Position numbers and translations under genes: made by a program. A DNA stretch of 64,000 bases from Acidimicrobiia bacterium (GTDB taxonomy: Bacteria > Actinomycetota > Acidimicrobiia > Spongiisociales > UBA5794). The notes under the pieces were generated by a model. That model had not been told where the DNA came from and did not search any database. It worked only from the letters and a program-made list of their open reading frames with translations. The stretch covers positions 6,785 through 70,784 of the forward strand of contig JALSQW010000019.1 of assembly GCA_026985095.1 (NCBI GenBank), read 5' to 3'. Shown here piece by piece: positions 59,318 through 64,000 of the stretch. Each line of letters starts with the position of its first letter. Position 1 is the stretch's first letter.

Positions 59318-59413
59318 CGCGGAGGTGGACGGGAATCGAACCCGCCAGGGCACATGCGCACCCTCACCGGTTTTGAAGACCGGGGGACCCACCAGGCGTC
59401 CGGACACCTCCGC
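59318..59413 (-). tRNA. selC: Candidate selenocysteine tRNA (tRNA-Sec, anticodon UCA), about 95 nt with long variable arm
   Basis: Hand fold of the minus strand: GCGGAGGTG...CACCTCCGC forms a perfect 8-9 bp acceptor stem. Anticodon stem CCGGT/ACCGG with loop CTTCAAA (U33, anticodon TCA, A37). 7-bp variable-arm hairpin AGGGTGC-GCAT-GTGCCCT. T-arm GGCGGG-TTCGATT-CCCGTC. Discriminator G, no encoded CCA. The D-arm folds only as a 4-bp stem by hand, so the call needs software confirmation. Confidence 0.6.
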
Positions 59414-59505
59414 CGCGAAGCGTAGCGGGGACCACGGCTCCCGACGCGGCCGTCACACTCGCCGCCATCGGGGACCCCGAAGGCAACGAGCGCTGCGTTC
59501 ACTGA

Positions 59506-59937
59506 TCAGGACGTGATGTACCGCTCGAGCTGGTCGATCAGATCCTGCTGCTCGGCGATGACGGCCTTGACGATGTCGCCGATCGACACGATCCCGACCA
59601 GCCGGTCGCCGTCCATGACCGGTAGGTGTCGGATCCGATGGTCGGTCATGAGCTGCATGCACTCCGAGACCGTCGTCTGCGGCGAGATCGTGAACACCTC
59701 CGACGTCATGATGTCCTCGACCCGGGTCTCCTTCGACCCCCGATCCATGAGGATCACCTTGCGGGCGTAGTCACGCTCGGACATGATGCCGACCAACCGA
59801 TCACCGTCGAGGACGACCACCGCCCCGATGTTGTGGTCCGCCATCCGCCGAAGCGCCTCGTACACGGTGTCGTCGGGTGCCACCCCGACGATCTCGGGGG
59901 GCTTGTCGCCGAGGATCCCGGCCACGGTTCGTTGCAT
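59506..59937 (-). CDS. CBS-domain pair protein
   Basis: 143 aa with two CBS motifs (IGAVVVLDGDRLVGIMSERD and HLPVMDGDRLVGIVSIGD). Confidence 0.8.
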   Translation of the reverse strand: MQRTVAGILGDKPPEIVGVAPDDTVYEALRRMADHNIGAVVVLDGDRLVGIMSERDYARKVILMDRGSKETRVEDIMTSEVFTISPQTTVSECMQLMTDHRIRHLPVMDGDRLVGIVSIGDIVKAVIAEQQDLIDQLERYITS

Positions 59938-59981
59938 CGCTCCTCCTTACGCCCCAATGTACCAATCGAGGAGGCCGCCTG

Positions 59982-61217
59982 TCAGGCCAGGACGGTCTTG
60001 TCCTCCATCGCCCGGGGTTCCCGGTCGACGGCGAAGAAGCTCATCGGCACGTCCGTGTCGTACTCGGCTCGCTCGCCGGTGAGGTACGCGGCGACCATGG
60101 CTCCGATCATGGGGCTCTCCTTGAAGCCGTGGCCGGAGAAGCCGTTGGCGACCACGAAGCCCTCCAGGTCGGTGGGACCCACCACCGGCAGGACGTCCTG
60201 GCGGTTGACGGTGTACAGGCCGGCCATCCCGCCGAGCCGCCCCCGGTGGGGAAGCGATGGGATCCGGTGATGGAGTGCGTGGATCTTGGTGTCGACGAAC
60301 GCCCGGTCGGCGTTCGTGTCGTAGGTGTCGGGATCCGTCGCCTCCCGCTCGTCCTCCTCGAGGATCGAGCCGGCGATGATCTGCTGGTCGCCCGCCTCGG
60401 GACGGAAGTAGATCCCTCCGGCGGCGTCGCCGACGACCGGGAGCGGTCGGGGAACCTCCGCGGGCAGGTCCCGGTACATGACCTGGACGCGGGTGGGGAC
60501 GAGGTCCCACCCCAGTTCGACGCCGGCCATCGCCGAGACCCGGTTGCACCATGGGCCGGCAGCGTTGACGATCGTCCCGGCCGACAGCCGGGTTCCGTCT
60601 GCCAGGGTCACCCCGGTGGCTCGACCTCGGGTCACGGTCACGTCGACGACCTCGCTGCGGAGCCGCACGTCCACTCCCTTCGCCCGGGCCGCCTCGGCCA
60701 GATCCTCGAGGGCGCCGGTGGCATCGAAGTACCCGGTGTCGCGTTCGAGGAGGAACGCCTCACCGTCGCGGCATTCGTGCGGGACCTCGCCGGTGAGGTC
60801 GAAGGGGACCATGCAGGTCGACAAGGCGGGGAACAGCTCATGAACGTCGGCCGCAGCGAGCACGGCCGCGTCGATGCCTTCGGCGGCGAGACGATCGCGA
60901 TCGGCGGCGACCACGGCAGGGTCGTCGTCGAGCATCCACAGGACCCCGATGGGATGGAACACGGCCCGGGGGGAGTCGAGGCCCGTGTACTCGGCCCAGT
61001 TCCGGAACACGACGTTGGCATCGCGGGCGATCCGCACGTTCTCGATGAGCGAGTACCGCTGTCGGGTGATCGCCGCCGACGCACCGGTGGACCCCTCACC
61101 GAGCCCGGCGCCCTTGTCGAGGACCACGACCGACAGGGCGCTGCGACGGGCGATCTGGTAGGCGATCGACATTCCGATGATGCCCCCACCGACGACGACG
61201 ACGTCCGCGGTCTCCAT
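59982..61217 (-). CDS. FAD-dependent oxidoreductase (DAO family; sarcosine/glycine oxidase beta-subunit-like)
   Basis: N-terminal dinucleotide-binding DVVVVGGGIIGMSIAYQIA and a C-terminal GHGFKESPMIG motif typical of the DAO family. Confidence 0.8.
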   Translation of the reverse strand: METADVVVVGGGIIGMSIAYQIARRSALSVVVLDKGAGLGEGSTGASAAITRQRYSLIENVRIARDANVVFRNWAEYTGLDSPRAVFHPIGVLWMLDDDPAVVAADRDRLAAEGIDAAVLAAADVHELFPALSTCMVPFDLTGEVPHECRDGEAFLLERDTGYFDATGALEDLAEAARAKGVDVRLRSEVVDVTVTRGRATGVTLADGTRLSAGTIVNAAGPWCNRVSAMAGVELGWDLVPTRVQVMYRDLPAEVPRPLPVVGDAAGGIYFRPEAGDQQIIAGSILEEDEREATDPDTYDTNADRAFVDTKIHALHHRIPSLPHRGRLGGMAGLYTVNRQDVLPVVGPTDLEGFVVANGFSGHGFKESPMIGAMVAAYLTGERAEYDTDVPMSFFAVDREPRAMEDKTVLA

Positions 61218-61222
61218 ACGGT

Positions 61223-61948
61223 TCAGTCGGCCTGACCGAGGTAGGCGCGTCGGAGATCCTCGTTGGCGAGGAGGTTCTCCGCGGTGTCCTCGAGCACGAT
61301 CTGGCCCGTCTGGAGCACGTAGCCGCGGTCGGCGATCGACAGCGCCATGTTGGCGTTCTGCTCCACCATGAAGACGGTCATCCCGGCGTCGTTGATCTGT
61401 TCGATGATGTCGAAGTTCTGCTGCACGAGGATCGGAGCCAACCCCATCGACGGTTCGTCCATGAGCAGCAACTTGGGCCGGGACATGAGCGCCCGACCGA
61501 CCGCGACCATCTGCTGCTCTCCTCCCGACAACGTGCCGGCCTTCTGCCCGAGCCGCTCCTTGACCCGAGGGAACATGTCGAAGACCTTCTCCATGTCCTC
61601 CTCCACGTCGTCGTCGTCCCGGAGGTAGGCGCCGATCTCGAGGTTCTCCTTGACGGTCATCCGCTTGAAGAGACGCCGGTTCTCCGGCACCATCGAGATG
61701 CCTCTCATCACGACGTCGGCGGTCGGCCGGCCGGTCATGACCTCGCCGTCGACGAGCACGTCACCGCTGGAGGGGACGACCATCCCGAGGATGGTCTTCA
61801 GCGTCGTGGTCTTGCCGGAGGCATTGCCACCGAGGAGGCACACGAGCTCCCCCGGGAAGATCTGCATCGAGACGTCCTTGAGGATGTGCACCGGACCGTA
61901 GTGGGTGTGGACGTTCCGGAACTCGAGGACGGGAACGCGGTCGCTCAT
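61223..61948 (-). CDS. livF: Branched-chain amino acid ABC transporter ATP-binding protein (LivF-like)
   Basis: Walker A GGNASGKTT, signature LSGGEQQMVAV, Walker B LLLMDEPSMGLAP. ATGA-type overlap with the upstream ATPase gene. Confidence 0.85.
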   Translation of the reverse strand: MSDRVPVLEFRNVHTHYGPVHILKDVSMQIFPGELVCLLGGNASGKTTTLKTILGMVVPSSGDVLVDGEVMTGRPTADVVMRGISMVPENRRLFKRMTVKENLEIGAYLRDDDDVEEDMEKVFDMFPRVKERLGQKAGTLSGGEQQMVAVGRALMSRPKLLLMDEPSMGLAPILVQQNFDIIEQINDAGMTVFMVEQNANMALSIADRGYVLQTGQIVLEDTAENLLANEDLRRAYLGQAD

Positions 61949-62730
61949 GCGCCCTCCTCGGCGGGACGGCCCAGGTACGCCTCGATCACGTCCGGGTTCG
62001 AAGAGACCTCGTCGTAGCTGCCTTCGGCGATCTTGACCCCATGGTCGAGGACGACGACGCGATCCGAGACGTCTCGGACGACCCGCATCTCATGTTCGAT
62101 GACGACGATGGTGAAGCCCTTCTCGTCGCGGAGCTTCCGGATGAGTCCGGTCAGCTCGGCGGTCTCCTTCGGGTTCATCCCCGCGGTGGGTTCGTCGAGG
62201 AGGAGAAGTCGAGGCATCGTCCCCATCGCCCTGGCGATCTCGAGGCGCCTCCGGTTGGCGTACGACAGCACGTAGGCCGGTTGGCGGAACCGGTAGCCGG
62301 TGAGGCGGGTCCCGAAGAACCCGAGGATGTCCTTCGCCCGCTCCTCGATGGCCCGCTCCTCGTTGCGGAACGTCGGCGTGTTGAACAGGGCCCCCCACAC
62401 CCCGGTCTCGGTGCGGCAATGCTGGGCGACCATGACGTTCTCGAGGATGGTCATGTCGGGGAACAGCCGCACGTTCTGGAAGGTTCGGGCGATACCGCGT
62501 TTGGTGATCTCGCTGGGTTCGAGGCCGGCGATGTCCTCGTCCTCAAAGACGATCCGTCCTTCGTCGGGGACGACGAGACCGGAGATGGTGTTGAAGAACG
62601 TGGTCTTCCCCGCTCCGTTCGGTCCGATGACCGAGACGATCTCGAGCTCGTCGATGTGGAAGTCGACGCCGCCGAGTGCTTGGAGTCCGCCGAAGGACTT
62701 GGTCAGACCGGTGATCTCGAGGAGATGCAT
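61945..62730 (-). CDS. livG: Branched-chain amino acid ABC transporter ATP-binding protein (LivG-like)
   Basis: Walker A GPNGAGKTT, signature YANRRRLEIARAM, Walker B LLLLDEPTAGMNP. Confidence 0.85.
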   Translation of the reverse strand: MHLLEITGLTKSFGGLQALGGVDFHIDELEIVSVIGPNGAGKTTFFNTISGLVVPDEGRIVFEDEDIAGLEPSEITKRGIARTFQNVRLFPDMTILENVMVAQHCRTETGVWGALFNTPTFRNEERAIEERAKDILGFFGTRLTGYRFRQPAYVLSYANRRRLEIARAMGTMPRLLLLDEPTAGMNPKETAELTGLIRKLRDEKGFTIVVIEHEMRVVRDVSDRVVVLDHGVKIAEGSYDEVSSNPDVIEAYLGRPAEEGA

Positions 62731-63959
62731 CAGCGCTCCCCCGCGGAGTCCGCGGCTGCTTCGGCCTTCAGCCAGGCATCCTGCAGGATCTCCTCTTGAT
62801 GGAGCTCACGCTGTCGCTGCACGCTCGGCCACAGTCCCTCGGGGCGACGCAGCATCATGAACACGAGCAAGGCCCCATAGATGAGGAGCTTGAACTCACC
62901 GAACTCGGCGAGGAGCCCTGGCTGGGTGGGACCTCCGAGGATCCCGATCAACACCAACGATCCGACGACGACCCCGGGGATGGAACCCATGCCGCCGACG
63001 ATGACGATGACCAGGACGATGATCGAGACGATGAGCTTGAAGCTCGATGGGAACACCGAGCCGACCTTCACCGCGAAGATCATCCCGCCGAACGACGCCA
63101 AGATGGCCCCGGTGATGAACGCGAGCAGTTTCATCTTGGTGGTCTCGACGCCCATCGCCTCGGCGACGTCCTCGTCCTCGCGGAGGGCAGCCCAGGCCCG
63201 ACCGATCCGGGAGTGGTAGAGACGCCAGGCGACGTAGACGGCGATGCCGACGAAGATGACGACGAGGTAGAAGATCGTCTGGGGTTTCGTTCCGTTGATC
63301 TCGGCGGGTCCGGCGACGGCAGCGGGGATGTTGCGGATCCCCTGGGCTCCTCCGAAGGCCGGAGCGAGCCAGTCGGAGAGGAACAGGATGCGAACGATCT
63401 CGCCGAAGCCGAGCGTGACGATCGCCAGGTAGTCGCCTCGCAGCCGGATGACGGGCGTCCCGACGACGAGTCCCGACAGGGCGGCGACGGCGACGACGAC
63501 GACCATCACCACCCAACCTTCGATCGAGAAGAAGTCGAGCGTCAGCATGGGCGTCCACTTCGGCGACAGCGGTGAGGTGAGGATGGCGGTGGTGTAGGCG
63601 CCGACGGCGAAGAACGCGACGTAGCCGAGATCGAGAAGTCCGGCGTACCCGACGACGAGGTTGAGGCCGAGCGCCATCAAGAGGAAGAGCCCGACGTTGG
63701 CGAGCAGTTCGTTGGTGAGCCCGCCCAGGACCATGGGAAGGACGACCGCCAGCACCAGGCCGACCGCCCCGGCGATGAGGTTGAACCGCTTCCTCTCGTC
63801 CCCTTCCATCGTGGCGTATCGGGTCCGGAACCGGACGACGGCGTCTCCCTCCGAGCGCACCGACGAGAGGGCTGCGAGAGCGCCGACGACGATGGCCCCG
63901 GCGATGGTGACCCCGCCGTTCTTGGCGTAGATCCAGTCGCTGATGACCGTCAGGCGCAA
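62730..63959 (-). CDS. livM: Branched-chain amino acid ABC transporter permease (LivM-like). The 5' boundary is uncertain.
   Basis: Polytopic permease. LLDLGYVAFFAVGAYTTAIL is typical of LivM. The track start is a TTG, and the reading frame stays open to the window edge (64000). The true start, or the end of an upstream livH, cannot be fixed from this window. Confidence 0.7.
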   Translation of the reverse strand: MRLTVISDWIYAKNGGVTIAGAIVVGALAALSSVRSEGDAVVRFRTRYATMEGDERKRFNLIAGAVGLVLAVVLPMVLGGLTNELLANVGLFLLMALGLNLVVGYAGLLDLGYVAFFAVGAYTTAILTSPLSPKWTPMLTLDFFSIEGWVVMVVVVAVAALSGLVVGTPVIRLRGDYLAIVTLGFGEIVRILFLSDWLAPAFGGAQGIRNIPAAVAGPAEINGTKPQTIFYLVVIFVGIAVYVAWRLYHSRIGRAWAALREDEDVAEAMGVETTKMKLLAFITGAILASFGGMIFAVKVGSVFPSSFKLIVSIIVLVIVIVGGMGSIPGVVVGSLVLIGILGGPTQPGLLAEFGEFKLLIYGALLVFMMLRRPEGLWPSVQRQRELHQEEILQDAWLKAEAAADSAGER

Positions 63960-64000
63960 CGATTCGAAGATGTCGACGACGGCGATCTCGACGAGCGCGA

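Noticed and set aside
62730-64000. LivH-LivM fusion, or a TTG start, for the permease at the window edge
   Set aside because: The frame is open to position 64000, so the true start or an upstream gene end cannot be determined from this window. No fusion is called.

Overview
High-GC (about 70%) chromosomal segment, most likely from an actinobacterium (Acidimicrobiia-like). It is gene-dense with about 60 coding genes, many translationally coupled by ATGA/GTGA overlaps. The ORF track is dominated by long GC-driven antisense shadow ORFs, and I discarded most of them. Supported content, in order along the window: (1) A CO-dehydrogenase/xanthine-dehydrogenase-family cluster on the minus strand: partial large Mo subunit, 2Fe-2S small subunit, CoxG, two XdhC-family accessory genes, then VWA CoxE and MoxR-ATPase CoxD, interrupted by a plus-strand membrane protein. 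(2) Malic enzyme, xseAB, a ClC channel with CBS domains, a class-V aminotransferase (cysteine desulfurase family), GDP-mannose pyrophosphorylase/PMI, oligopeptidase B, MarC, a LOG-family protein, and a MarR regulator divergent from an opuC-type glycine-betaine ABC transporter (CBS-ATPase, two permeases, lipoprotein SBP). (3) An FtsK/HerA-superfamily ATPase next to a tandem DUF1876-like protein, a group 1/2 sigma-70 factor, and an orphan soluble PAS histidine kinase. (4) A CPA antiporter coupled to a P2-type Ca-ATPase, ribokinase, a ferritin-like–VIT1 fusion, and a cytochrome c coupled to a His-rich CPH-motif (CopB-like P1B-3) copper ATPase behind a CsoR-like operator. (5) DUF3105 and a DUF255 thioredoxin-domain protein. 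(6) The most unusual locus, a four-gene envelope module: two paralogous Thr/Pro-linker membrane proteins flank a single polypeptide that fuses a CpsC/CpsD-like BY-kinase module, whose Walker-A lysine is replaced by alanine, to an extracellular LytR-CpsA-Psr (LCP) domain. (7) A complete caa3-type cytochrome c oxidase operon (ctaC-D-E, subunit IV, CtaG) with flanking lipoproteins. (8) A TSUP exporter, acyl-CoA ligase, a minimal egtB-egtD ergothioneine pair, an MBL hydrolase, a candidate tRNA-Sec (anticodon UCA) with no sel genes nearby, CBS proteins, an FAD oxidoreductase and the start of a liv-type branched-chain amino-acid ABC transporter. Further observations: a 37-bp double-palindrome element present as a 4x tandem array and again as a dispersed copy, and a 26-bp tandem duplication that overlaps a start codon and creates a coupled uORF.
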